The notes beneath the pieces were generated by a model. The model worked only from the letters and a program-made list of their open reading frames with translations. It did not search any database and was not told where the DNA came from. This document shows, in pieces, positions 29,870 through 38,799 of a stretch of 64,000 nt of DNA. The stretch's first letter is position 1. The number at the start of each line of letters is the position of its first letter. Position numbers and translations under genes: made by a program. Source of the stretch: an uncultured Actinomycetota bacterium. GTDB taxonomy: Bacteria > Actinomycetota > Actinomycetes > Mycobacteriales > Jatrophihabitantaceae. The stretch covers positions 171,026 to 235,025 of the forward strand of contig CAVZOC010000006.1 in assembly GCA_963776855.1 (NCBI GenBank), given 5' to 3'.

Positions 29870-30316
29870 CTAGTCCGGGTCGCCGTCGAGCCGGATGTGC
29901 TGCACCCGGCTCGTCGGCGGGCGGGGCCGGGCGGGCCGGCCGGCGGCCGGGTCGCCGTCCGAGGGGTCGGTGTCATGGCCCGGCGGGGGTTTGCGCGCGT
30001 GCGGCGCGACCCCGGGGTCGTGGCGGCGGGCGGGGGCGGCGTCCAGCAGCGCCCGGGCCGCCGAGACCAGCGCCCCGCCGGCCTCGGTGAGCCGCTCGGC
30101 GATCTCGGGGCTCTCGCCGCGCAGCATGGCGGCCAGCTGGCACAGCGGGCACCACTGGCACTCCGGCCCGGGGTGGCCCGAGGGCGGGGCGGGCATGGTC
30201 CGCTGCGCCCACTGCTGCACGACGTCCAGCAGCGCGCGGGCACTGTCACGGGCACTGTCGCCGAGGTCGCCGCCGCCGGTCGCCGCGCCCTCGTTCTCGT
30301 CGGCGGTGCCGGTCAT
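29870..30316 (-). CDS. Conserved hypothetical protein with CxWCPxC motif
   Basis: ECQWCPLCQ. Lies between the ArsA and ROK genes, with an ATGA-type overlap. Confidence 0.75.
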   Translation of the reverse strand: MTGTADENEGAATGGGDLGDSARDSARALLDVVQQWAQRTMPAPPSGHPGPECQWCPLCQLAAMLRGESPEIAERLTEAGGALVSAARALLDAAPARRHDPGVAPHARKPPPGHDTDPSDGDPAAGRPARPRPPTSRVQHIRLDGDPD

Positions 30317-31563
30317 TGGCGCCGCCCCGCGCGATGGCTACCGGGGCCCGGGGACGGCCGCCGCCGCGGCGACGGGCGCCGGCGGTGCGGGTCGCCCCGG
30401 AAGCGGACCCGTAGCCGGCGGCCGTCGAAGTCGCCGCCGGTGATCTCGCACCGGCGCAGCGCGCTCGGCAGCGTGATCACGCGCCGGTAGGGGCCGACGC
30501 TGACGATGAGGTCGTCGCCGGCGCGGGCCGCGTCGACGTCGGCGCGCTCCGCCAGCGGCAACGCGACGTGCAGCTCGTAGCCCCCTTCGGCGGTGACGAC
30601 GCGCAGGAGGCCGGTGTTGTCCGAGGGCGGGGCCGGGTCGCGGCCCGGCAACTCGCCGTAGAGGGAATCGGCCAGCCCGCGCAGCGGCCCGGCGCCGACC
30701 GGTTCGGCCGGCCGGTAGGCGAGTTCCTGGACGGGTAGCCCGGCGAACGACTCGCGGATCGCGTCGAGCTGGCGGCGCTGCGCCTCGGCCCAGCCGCGCC
30801 GCCACTCGTCGTCCCCGGCCGGGAAGACCCGGTTGGCGACGACGAGGTCGACGCTGTAGCCGTAGAGCGAGAGAGCGGTGAAGGTGCGGCGGGCCTCCGC
30901 CGCGACCACCGCCTCGGGGGTGAGCACCAGCCGGACCGAGGTGACCGCCGGATCACCGAGTAGCCGCCGGACGCCGCCGAGCTCGTCGGCCAGCCGCACC
31001 AGTGCCTCGAACAGCGTGTCCGGCGGGATCGCGTCGCCGCGTCCCAGGACGGTGGCGAACGGCCGGACGGTGCGGGCGATCCGCCGCTGGGCCGGGAAGA
31101 CGCGGTCCAGATACCAGCCGAGCGCCTCCGGCAGCGCCAGCAGCCGCAGTGTCTCGGCCGTGGGGGCGCAGTCGACGACCACAGCATCCCAGTCGCCGGT
31201 GACGGCCAGCTCGCGGACCGCGAGCAGGGCCAGCACCTCGTCCACCCCGGGCAGCACCGTCAGCTCGTCGGCCGTGATCGGGTCGACCCCGCCTCGCGCG
31301 AGCAGGTCGACCAGGAAGCCCTGGACGTCCCGCCAGGCCACCTCGAATCGTCCCTGGGTGTCGATCTGGACCGCCCACAGCCCGGGTACGACCTCGCTCG
31401 GCTCGTCACCGAGCGGGTGGTCCAGCGCGTCGGCGAGCGAGTGCGCGACGTCGGTCGAGAGCAGCAGGGTCTTGACGCCGCGGTCGGCGAGCCGCAGCGC
31501 GGTGGCCGCCGCCGTCGTCGTCTTGCCGACCCCGCCCTTGCCGGTGAACAGCACTATGCGCAT
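30313..31563 (-). CDS. ArsA/GET3-family ATPase
   Basis: GKGGVGKTT, STDVAHSL and VVDCAPT motifs, plus a C-terminal HSP20-like tail. Confidence 0.92.
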   Translation of the reverse strand: MRIVLFTGKGGVGKTTTAAATALRLADRGVKTLLLSTDVAHSLADALDHPLGDEPSEVVPGLWAVQIDTQGRFEVAWRDVQGFLVDLLARGGVDPITADELTVLPGVDEVLALLAVRELAVTGDWDAVVVDCAPTAETLRLLALPEALGWYLDRVFPAQRRIARTVRPFATVLGRGDAIPPDTLFEALVRLADELGGVRRLLGDPAVTSVRLVLTPEAVVAAEARRTFTALSLYGYSVDLVVANRVFPAGDDEWRRGWAEAQRRQLDAIRESFAGLPVQELAYRPAEPVGAGPLRGLADSLYGELPGRDPAPPSDNTGLLRVVTAEGGYELHVALPLAERADVDAARAGDDLIVSVGPYRRVITLPSALRRCEITGGDFDGRRLRVRFRGDPHRRRPSPRRRPSPGPGSHRAGRRQ

Positions 31564-31577
31564 GCCCGGTGGCCCGC

Positions 31578-32024
31578 TCACGCAACCCGCAGCGACTCGA
31601 CGCGCTTCTTCAGCTCGGCCAGCGCCGTCGACATGACGACGCGCTCGGCCTTGCGCTTGAGCAGGCCGAGCATGGGTACGGCGAGTTCGACGGTGAGCGA
31701 GTAGGTGACGCGGCTCCGGCCGGGCTGCTCGGCCTCGATGACGTAGGACCCGTTCTGGGCACGCATCATCTGCCCGTGCACGAGCTCCCATTCGACCTTG
31801 GCGTCGGCCTGCCAGACGTAGGCCAGCTCGAACTGGTCCCGGACGATCCCGGCGTCCAGCCGGAACGCGACCCGGCGGGCCCGGCCGTCCTCACCGGGCT
31901 CGACGATCTCGGCGGAGCGCACCGACTCCGCCCAGATCGGGTAGTGCTCGAAGTCGGCGATCACGCCCATGATCCGAGCCGGGTCGGCGTCGATGACGAT
32001 CGACTGCGTCGACTGGTCCGGCAT
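31578..32024 (-). CDS. SRPBCC / polyketide-cyclase-like protein
   Basis: IMGVIADFEHYPIWA...GSYVI...VTYSLTV pattern. TAACCT sits 8 nt before the ATG. Confidence 0.88.
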   Translation of the reverse strand: MPDQSTQSIVIDADPARIMGVIADFEHYPIWAESVRSAEIVEPGEDGRARRVAFRLDAGIVRDQFELAYVWQADAKVEWELVHGQMMRAQNGSYVIEAEQPGRSRVTYSLTVELAVPMLGLLKRKAERVVMSTALAELKKRVESLRVA

Positions 32025-32094
32025 GGCTCGCAAGGTTACCCGCCCCGGCCGCGGCGCCGAAGCCCCGCGACCGGTGGCTCCACCGGCGACGGGG

Positions 32095-32487
32095 TCAGGA
32101 GTTCTGGACCACCATCAGCGTGTGCCCGGACGGGTCGCGGAACCAGAACATCGGCGGCACGGGGTCGCCCATGCGCGAGATGTCGGTGTCGACGTCGACG
32201 CCGAGCGACTGCATCTCGGCGTGCGAGCGCTCGACGTCGTCGGTGGTCAGGATGATGCCGGTGTCGCCCGGCGTGATGTCACGCCGGTCCGGCGGCGGCG
32301 GGGCGAGCGCGATGCCCGTCCCGCCCTCCGGCGGGTAGACCTCCACCCAGCGGTACTGGTCGCCCATGGCGACGTCGGTGCGCTTCTCGAAGCCGAGCTT
32401 CTCGTAGAAGGCGATGGCGGTGTCCTGGTCCACGGTCGGGACGCACACCAAGCCCAGCGTGCGCAGTCCGGTCGATGCGAGTGTCAT
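32095..32487 (-). CDS. VOC / glyoxalase family protein
   Basis: PTVDQDTAIAFYEKLGF, RWVEV and FWFRDPSGHTL motifs. GGAGG lies upstream of ATG 32487. Confidence 0.88.
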   Translation of the reverse strand: MTLASTGLRTLGLVCVPTVDQDTAIAFYEKLGFEKRTDVAMGDQYRWVEVYPPEGGTGIALAPPPPDRRDITPGDTGIILTTDDVERSHAEMQSLGVDVDTDISRMGDPVPPMFWFRDPSGHTLMVVQNS

Positions 32488-32761
32488 CGATGCCTCCGAT
32501 GTCGTCGTGATGACGCCCATGGGACTCGGCTCGCGCCCGAAAGTCATCGCTGCGGCACGAATTCGTTCACCGAGACGTCTACATCGACCACGCGACGCCC
32601 CGAAGTACCAGCGACGCCTCGGGGCCGCGGCCGGAGCGGCCGTGGCCACGTCGGCGTGCCGACGGCCGGGCGACCGGCTAACGTGAGGCGCCGCGGCCAG
32701 GAGCCACCACCGCCGCCGCCCGCTTCTACCGGGCCCCTGATGATGGAAGGAACCGCTGCCC

Positions 32762-34567
32762 GTGCAGGAAGTGCATGTCCCGAGCAACGTCACGACCATC
32801 GGCCAGAACAACACGGCCGACTTCGTGTTCCAGAACGCGGAGCGCCGGCCCGAGCACGTCGCCCTGCGGCGGCGAGTGGACGGCAGCTGGCGTGACGTGA
32901 CATCCGTCGGCTTCGCCGACGAGGTCCTCGCCGTGGCGAAGGGCTTCCTCGCGGCCGGCATCGCCGCCGGCGACCGCGTCGCGGTGATGAGCAAGACGCG
33001 CTACGAGTGGACGCTGATCGACTTCGCGCTGTTCAGCGTCGGCGCGGTGGTCGTGCCGATCTACGAGACCTCCTCGGCCGATCAGGTCGAATGGATCGTC
33101 GGCAACTCCGGCGCCCGCGGCATCGTCCTCGAGACCGACGAGCACCGCGACCTCGTCGCGTCCGTGCGCGGTGAGCTCGCCGACCTGGAGCACGTGTGGT
33201 GTCTGGACGACGGCGCGGTCGACGACCTCGTCGCCGCCGGGGAAGGCCGCGACGACAGCGAGGTGACCGATCGGCGCGCGGCCGTGACCCTCGACGACCT
33301 CGCGTCGATCATCTACACCTCGGGCACCACCGGCCGGCCGAAGGGCTGCGAGCTCACCCACCGGTGCTTCGTCACCGAGGCCGGCGAGCTGCTGGAGCTG
33401 CTCGAGGAGTTCTTCAACGCCGACACCTCGACGCTGCTGTTCCTGCCGATCGCGCACGTCTTCGGGCGGGTCATCGAGATCGGCGCGCTAGCGGGCGGCT
33501 GCACGCTGGGCCACACGCCGGACGTGTCCAACCTGCTCGAGGACCTCGGCGGGTTCGGGCCGACCTTCGTGCTCGCCGTCCCCCGGGTCTTCGAGAAGGT
33601 CTACAACAGCGCCAAGCAGCGCGCCCACAGCGAAGGCAAGGGCATGATCTTCGACCGCGCCGAGGCGGTCGCGATCCGGTACTCCGAGGCCCTCGAGGCG
33701 GGCCGGCCGTCGCTGCTGCTGCGGCTGGAGCACGCCCTGTTCGACCGGTTGGTCTTCGGCAAGCTACGAGCCGCGCTCGGCGGCCACTGCGTGGCGGCGG
33801 TGTCCGGCGGTGCGCCGCTCGGGGCACGGCTGGGGCATTTCTTCCGCGGCATGGGGGTGACGATCTACGAGGGGTACGGCCTCACCGAGACCACCGCCGG
33901 GATCACCGTCAACCGCCCGGGGGCCATCAAGATCGGCACCGTCGGGCGTCCGGTCGGTGGTGTCACCGCGCGCGTCGCCGAGGACGGGGAACTGCTGTTC
34001 ACCGCGCCCCACATCTTCCGCGGCTACTGGCAGAACCCCGACGCCACCGCCGAGACGCTCGAGTCCGACGGCTGGTTCCACTCCGGCGACGTCGGCGAGA
34101 TCGACGACGACGGGTTCGTCCGCATCACCGGCCGGAAGAAGGAACTGATCGTCACCGCCGGGGGCAAGAACGTCTCGCCCGCCGTACTGGAGGACCGCCT
34201 CCGCGCGCACTGGCTGGTCAGCCAGTGCCTCGTGGTCGGTGACCAGAAGCCGTTCATCGCGGCCCTGGTGACAATCGACCAGGAGGCGTTCCCGCAGTGG
34301 CTGGACAACGCCGGCAAGCCGGCGGACACGCCGGTCGCCGACGTCGCCGACGACGAGGACCTGCAGGCCGAGATCCAGGCCGCGGTCGACCACGCCAACA
34401 AGGCGGTCAGCCGCGCGGAGTCGATCCGGAAGTTCACCATCCTGCCCGGGGACTGGACCGAAGCGGGGGGCCAGGTCACCCCGTCGATGAAGCTCAAGCG
34501 CAACGTCGTGCACCAGGAGAGTGCGGACGAGATCGCCGCCCTCTACGACAAGCAGCAGTCCCGCTGA
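32762..34567 (+). CDS. fadD: Long-chain acyl-CoA synthetase (FadD15-like)
   Basis: YTSGTTGRPKG, YEGYGLTET, SGDVG and ITGRKKELI motifs. Confidence 0.92.
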   Translation: MQEVHVPSNVTTIGQNNTADFVFQNAERRPEHVALRRRVDGSWRDVTSVGFADEVLAVAKGFLAAGIAAGDRVAVMSKTRYEWTLIDFALFSVGAVVVPIYETSSADQVEWIVGNSGARGIVLETDEHRDLVASVRGELADLEHVWCLDDGAVDDLVAAGEGRDDSEVTDRRAAVTLDDLASIIYTSGTTGRPKGCELTHRCFVTEAGELLELLEEFFNADTSTLLFLPIAHVFGRVIEIGALAGGCTLGHTPDVSNLLEDLGGFGPTFVLAVPRVFEKVYNSAKQRAHSEGKGMIFDRAEAVAIRYSEALEAGRPSLLLRLEHALFDRLVFGKLRAALGGHCVAAVSGGAPLGARLGHFFRGMGVTIYEGYGLTETTAGITVNRPGAIKIGTVGRPVGGVTARVAEDGELLFTAPHIFRGYWQNPDATAETLESDGWFHSGDVGEIDDDGFVRITGRKKELIVTAGGKNVSPAVLEDRLRAHWLVSQCLVVGDQKPFIAALVTIDQEAFPQWLDNAGKPADTPVADVADDEDLQAEIQAAVDHANKAVSRAESIRKFTILPGDWTEAGGQVTPSMKLKRNVVHQESADEIAALYDKQQSR

Positions 34568-34568
34568 C

Positions 34569-35693
34569 TCAGCCCTGCAACAACTCGGTCAGCGTGCCGG
34601 CCAGCAGGTCCCAGTCCCAGCACCGCTCGACCCAGTCGCGGCCGGCCGCTCCCATCCGGGCGCGGGCGGCGGGGTCCTGCAGCAGCTCCACCAACCGGTC
34701 GGCCACGGCGGCGACGTCCCGACCGTCCACCAGGTAGCCGGTCTCGCCGTCGCGGACCGCGTCGGGCGCGCCCCCGGAGTTGCCGACGACCACCGGCAGA
34801 CCCGTGGCCGACGCCTCCAGGAAGACGATCCCCAGGCCCTCGACGTCCAGCCCCCGTAGGCGGGTGCGGCACGGCATGGCGAACACGTCGCCGGCGGCGA
34901 AGTGCGCGGGCAGCTCGGCGTGCGGGACGCCGCCGGCGAAACGCACCGCGTCGGCGAGCCCGTGCTCCCTCGCCTGCTGCTCGAGGCGTTCCCGGTAGCC
35001 ACCGTCACCCACGAGCAGCAGCACCGCGTCGGGCACCGCGGCCCGCACCCGGGGCAGGGCCGCGACCAGGGTGTCCTGCCCCTTGCGCGCCACCAGCCGG
35101 GACACGCAGACGATGACCGGCCGGTCCGCGAGCTCGTACCGCTGCCGGACGGCGGCCGCGTCGATGGCAGGCCGGAAGGTCCGGATGTCGACGCCGGGGG
35201 TCAGTCGGACGAGCTGCGGGTGGTCGCCGACGGCCCGGGCCAACCGCGCCCGGGTGTACTCGCCGAGATAGGTGACGACGTCGACGCCGTCGCCGATCCG
35301 GCGCAGCGCCTGCCTGCTGCCGGGCAGGATCGCCCACCCCGCCTCGTGACCGTGGGTGGTGGCGACCAGGCGCTCGGCTCCGGCCCGGCGCAGAGCGGGG
35401 GCCAGCAACCCGAGCGGGGCGGCCGCCCCGAACCACACCCCGGTGCACTCGTGGCGGCGCAGCGTCTCGACGACGCGGCGTCGGGCGGCGGGCGTCGGCA
35501 GCAGCAGCCCGCTGCCGTGCCGGTGGACCGGGAAGGGCTGCGCGGCGTCGAACTCCGCCGCGCCCGGATGGTCGGAGGCGTAGACCACCACCGAGCCGGG
35601 GGGCTGGCGGACGAGCATCTCGTGCACGAAGGACTGGATGCCGCCCTGCCGCGGCGGGAAGTCGTTGGTGACGACCAGGGTGCGGCGGGTCAT
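34569..35693 (-). CDS. pimB: GT4 glycosyltransferase (PimB'-like mannosyltransferase)
   Basis: VTNDFPPRQGGIQ, THGHEAGW, SRLVARKGQD and EGLGIVFLEA motifs. Confidence 0.85.
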   Translation of the reverse strand: MTRRTLVVTNDFPPRQGGIQSFVHEMLVRQPPGSVVVYASDHPGAAEFDAAQPFPVHRHGSGLLLPTPAARRRVVETLRRHECTGVWFGAAAPLGLLAPALRRAGAERLVATTHGHEAGWAILPGSRQALRRIGDGVDVVTYLGEYTRARLARAVGDHPQLVRLTPGVDIRTFRPAIDAAAVRQRYELADRPVIVCVSRLVARKGQDTLVAALPRVRAAVPDAVLLLVGDGGYRERLEQQAREHGLADAVRFAGGVPHAELPAHFAAGDVFAMPCRTRLRGLDVEGLGIVFLEASATGLPVVVGNSGGAPDAVRDGETGYLVDGRDVAAVADRLVELLQDPAARARMGAAGRDWVERCWDWDLLAGTLTELLQG

Positions 35694-36964
35694 GTCAGCC
35701 GGCCCGCCACGTAGGTCCGCCACCGGGCCACGAACCGGGCCCGGGACAGGTGCAGGTAGTGCCGCAGCGCGGCGGACACCGCCGCGTCCGGCGTCGCGGT
35801 CGCCGTGCCGACGGCGCGATAGAGACGCAGCAGCCCGGAGGCACCGATGCGAGCCGCGATCAGCCGGCAGGCCAGCCAGGCCTCCTCGTAGGCCTGCGGC
35901 GCGCCGGAGCCGGTGAAGTCGGACGAGCTCGGCAACCCCTTCGGCGGGCCGTGGTGCCGCACCTGCGCCGCCAGTTCACTCGCGCTGACGGTGACCGGCT
36001 GCCCGCTGTGCAGGTTCCCGACGTATTCCGCCAGGCCCTCGACGAGCCAGGTCGGGGTGGTGTCACTGGTCTCGCGGGCAGTGGCGACGTGGGTGAGCTC
36101 GTGGCGCAGCGTGATCCGCTGCCCGACGGCGCTCAGCTGCGTGTACTGCGCCGGTTCGAGCACCAGCCGCTCGCCTCTCACGATCCCGCTGAGGGGGTCG
36201 CGCCCGTCGTTGACGGCGGCGGCGGCGATCCGGGTGTCGGTGCCGGCGTTCGAGGCCAGGTCGGCGCGGAGTTCGGCGGACGTGGCCGGTAGCACCACCG
36301 CGACGTACCTCGGCCAGGACGTGCCCACGACCGAGCTCACGGCGGGGACCGCCTGGTCCACGGCGGTGGCGACCTGTCGCGGCAGGCTGCCCTGGGAGGG
36401 GTGCCCCAGCACCAGGTCGTCCCGGCCGTGGGTGACGGTGAGCCGCCCGAAGTCCCAGGGGCCGCGCCAGGTGCTGGCCCCGTAGGTGGACAGGTCGGAG
36501 TCGCCGGCGACCATGATCCGGCCGTTCTGCCGCACCACCGTCCACCAGAGGTCGTGGGCCGAGGCCCGACGGTCGGCCCGCCGCAGGGCGTAGCTGAGCA
36601 CGACGTGCACGATCACCGCCGTGGCGCCGTACCTCCGGCGCACGGCGCGCTGCGCGTCCCGGTCCTGGACCGCGGGGCCGAGCCGGTAGCGGAAGCTCGC
36701 GAGCGGCAGCCGGGCCAGGTTGGCGTAGCTGCGGGCCTGCGCGCGCCGGAAGGTGCCGGGCGCCACCGCGGCCAGGAACTCCTGCCGGTGGTGCCGGCGC
36801 GCGGCGGCGGCGTGCCCCTGCAACATCGACGCGATCTCCGGCCGGGTGGGCGGGGAGGTGTCGTGACCCCCGGAACACGAGCACAGCGTGGCGGCGAGCA
36901 GGGCCGTGAGCAGCAGCGCCGCCGCCCGGCCGCCGCGGATCGCGGGCGGCGGACTCACCGGCAC
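35690..36964 (-). CDS. Secreted/lipoprotein zincin-like metallopeptidase
   Basis: Signal ending ...ATLCSC and HELTH...WLVEG (HExxH + E). The start may be GTG 36958. Confidence 0.75.
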   Translation of the reverse strand: MPVSPPPAIRGGRAAALLLTALLAATLCSCSGGHDTSPPTRPEIASMLQGHAAAARRHHRQEFLAAVAPGTFRRAQARSYANLARLPLASFRYRLGPAVQDRDAQRAVRRRYGATAVIVHVVLSYALRRADRRASAHDLWWTVVRQNGRIMVAGDSDLSTYGASTWRGPWDFGRLTVTHGRDDLVLGHPSQGSLPRQVATAVDQAVPAVSSVVGTSWPRYVAVVLPATSAELRADLASNAGTDTRIAAAAVNDGRDPLSGIVRGERLVLEPAQYTQLSAVGQRITLRHELTHVATARETSDTTPTWLVEGLAEYVGNLHSGQPVTVSASELAAQVRHHGPPKGLPSSSDFTGSGAPQAYEEAWLACRLIAARIGASGLLRLYRAVGTATATPDAAVSAALRHYLHLSRARFVARWRTYVAGRLT

Positions 36965-36990
36965 AGCGTAACGACCGGGGAAGCGAGCGA

Positions 36991-38040
36991 TCAGCCCAGC
37001 CGCGTCGCGCCGACCACGTCGCTCATGAAGGAGCTGAGCGGGACCACGGAGACGTTCTCGCCCTCCGTCGGGGCGGAGACCATCATGCCGTCACCGATAT
37101 AGATGGTGACGTGCCCGATCGGCTGGTACAGGAAGATCAGGTCGCCCGGCTGCAGCTGGCCGAGGCTGACGTGAGTGCCGTAGTTGTACTGGTCGGCGGC
37201 CGAGTGCGGCAGGCTGACGCCGGCGGCACCCCACGCGGCCATGGTCAGGCCCGAGCAGTCGTAGGAGCTGGGTCCGGCCGCCCCGAACACGTAGGGCTTG
37301 CCGACCTGCGCCAGGGCGAACCGCACCGCCGTATGGGCCGCGGCCGAGCCGGCACCGGGCAGGTTCGACAGCGACGGCGCCGACACCGAGGGGTTGAGGG
37401 CGCGCTGGTAGTCGACCCGCTGCTGCGAGTTGAGCGTCGCCAGCAGCGTCCGGTACTTGTCGATCTCGTGGCGGGTCTTGGTCTTCTCCTGCTCCATCCG
37501 GTCCCGCTGCTGCTTCGCCTCGTCCAGCAGCCGCTGCGTGGTGGCGGCCTGCCGCGCCGCGGCGTCGTGGGTGGCCTGGACGCGACCGACGATGTCGGCC
37601 TCGTGCTGCGAGATGAGATCGAGGGTGCTGAGGCGGTCGATGTAGTCGCTGTCGCTGCGGCTCTCGAGCAGCGCCCCGGCGGCGCCGAGGGAGCCGGCCT
37701 GGTAGCGGGCCTGCACGGTGCGGGCGAAGGCGACGTTGGCCGCCTGGTAGGCGGCCGACATCCGGTCGAGGGCGGCACCGGCGTCGCGTGCCTCCTTCTC
37801 CCGCTGCTTCACCAGCACCCGCGCGCTGTTGTACTTCTCCACCAGCTGGGTGTTGCGCAGCGCGAGCCGGCCCAGGCGCTTCTGCACCTGGTTGATGCTC
37901 GGGTGGTGCGACGGGGCGGCGGGGGTCGCGGAGGCGACGGTGGGGATGAGCACGGCGACGGCGGTGAGGACACCGACGAGAACTGCCGGCCGGATCCGCC
38001 GCAGCGCGACTCTGACCAGGTTGGTGACACGGATCGCCAC
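36991..38040 (-). CDS. NlpC/P60 peptidoglycan endopeptidase with coiled-coil N-terminus
   Basis: Signal peptide, long coiled coil, and GKPYVFGAAGPSSYDCSGL plus GHVTIY catalytic motifs. Confidence 0.92.
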   Translation of the reverse strand: MAIRVTNLVRVALRRIRPAVLVGVLTAVAVLIPTVASATPAAPSHHPSINQVQKRLGRLALRNTQLVEKYNSARVLVKQREKEARDAGAALDRMSAAYQAANVAFARTVQARYQAGSLGAAGALLESRSDSDYIDRLSTLDLISQHEADIVGRVQATHDAAARQAATTQRLLDEAKQQRDRMEQEKTKTRHEIDKYRTLLATLNSQQRVDYQRALNPSVSAPSLSNLPGAGSAAAHTAVRFALAQVGKPYVFGAAGPSSYDCSGLTMAAWGAAGVSLPHSAADQYNYGTHVSLGQLQPGDLIFLYQPIGHVTIYIGDGMMVSAPTEGENVSVVPLSSFMSDVVGATRLG

Positions 38041-38065
38041 GGGCGACGGTGCTCCTTCTCCCTCA

Positions 38066-38258
38066 TCCGCCGACCGGGTTAGCTGACGGGTTCGGGCCAG
38101 GAAGTAGCCCTACGGACGTGCGGTGGCGCTGGGTCACAGCCCGCACCGCGTGTCCGATTCACCCCGGAACTGACGTGGGTCCCCGGCTTACACGGCCGAC
38201 GTCGACGCGCGGATGTACACACGACGACGACGACTCGACAAGACCTGTAATTAGGCGG
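38066..38258 (-). ncRNA. c-di-AMP (ydaO/yuaA) riboswitch
   Basis: Minus strand has CCGCC/GGCGG closing stem, TTACA/TGTAA stem, GCCGGGGACCCA, GGGGTGAATC and CCCGAACCCGTCAGCTAACCCGG. It sits directly 5' of a cell-wall hydrolase. Confidence 0.88.
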
Positions 38259-38427
38259 TACCTGCCGGCGGCGACCTGGGGGACGCCTGCGACCGACGAG
38301 GTCTCGGAAAGGTTACGACGCGCGTTAGGCAGAGGCAACGCCGGGGTACCGGCGAGTCGCTCCGAGTTCCTCAGCGACCGACGCCACCACGCCAGAAGGC
38401 AATGCCCCCCGGTGGCCGCCGGCCGCG

Positions 38428-38670
38428 TCAGGCGATGTTCTCGGCCGGCCGATCGGTCGGGCGCACCAGCCGCAGGGGCGGCACCAGCCCCGCCTCGGCC
38501 AGCCGGTCCAGGGCCGCGTACTCGGACTCGTCGAGATCGACGGGGTACGCGCAATCCGACCGGCTGGGGGCGGGGGCGTCCTGCTGTGGCGGCCGTTGCA
38601 GCAGGACGGTGACGACGCAGTCCCGGCATGCGACGTCGCGGGCGACGCAGGTCTGGCAGTCGATCAGCAT
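38428..38670 (-). CDS. Small conserved hypothetical protein with CxxC-x6-CxxC
   Basis: MLIDCQTCVARDVACRDCVVTVLL...ALDRLAEAGLVPPLRLV. GGAG lies upstream. Confidence 0.8.
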   Translation of the reverse strand: MLIDCQTCVARDVACRDCVVTVLLQRPPQQDAPAPSRSDCAYPVDLDESEYAALDRLAEAGLVPPLRLVRPTDRPAENIA

Positions 38671-38765
38671 CGGCGGGCTCCTGTTCGGCTCGTGCTCGAC
38701 CCGCCGACCCCCTCGGGGCCGTCACGACGGATCGCGGTGAATCGCGGTAAATCGCGCTCGCCGGG

Positions 38766-38788
38766 ACGCTAGAACGCCCCTCCGACAA
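38766..38788 (-). promoter_or_regulatory. PafBC/RecA-NDp-type DNA-damage promoter motif
   Basis: Minus strand TTGTCGG-AGGGGCGTTC-TAGCGT, an exact match to TGTCGG-N10-TANNNT. Confidence 0.65.
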
Positions 38789-38799
38789 ATCCGGGCGCG

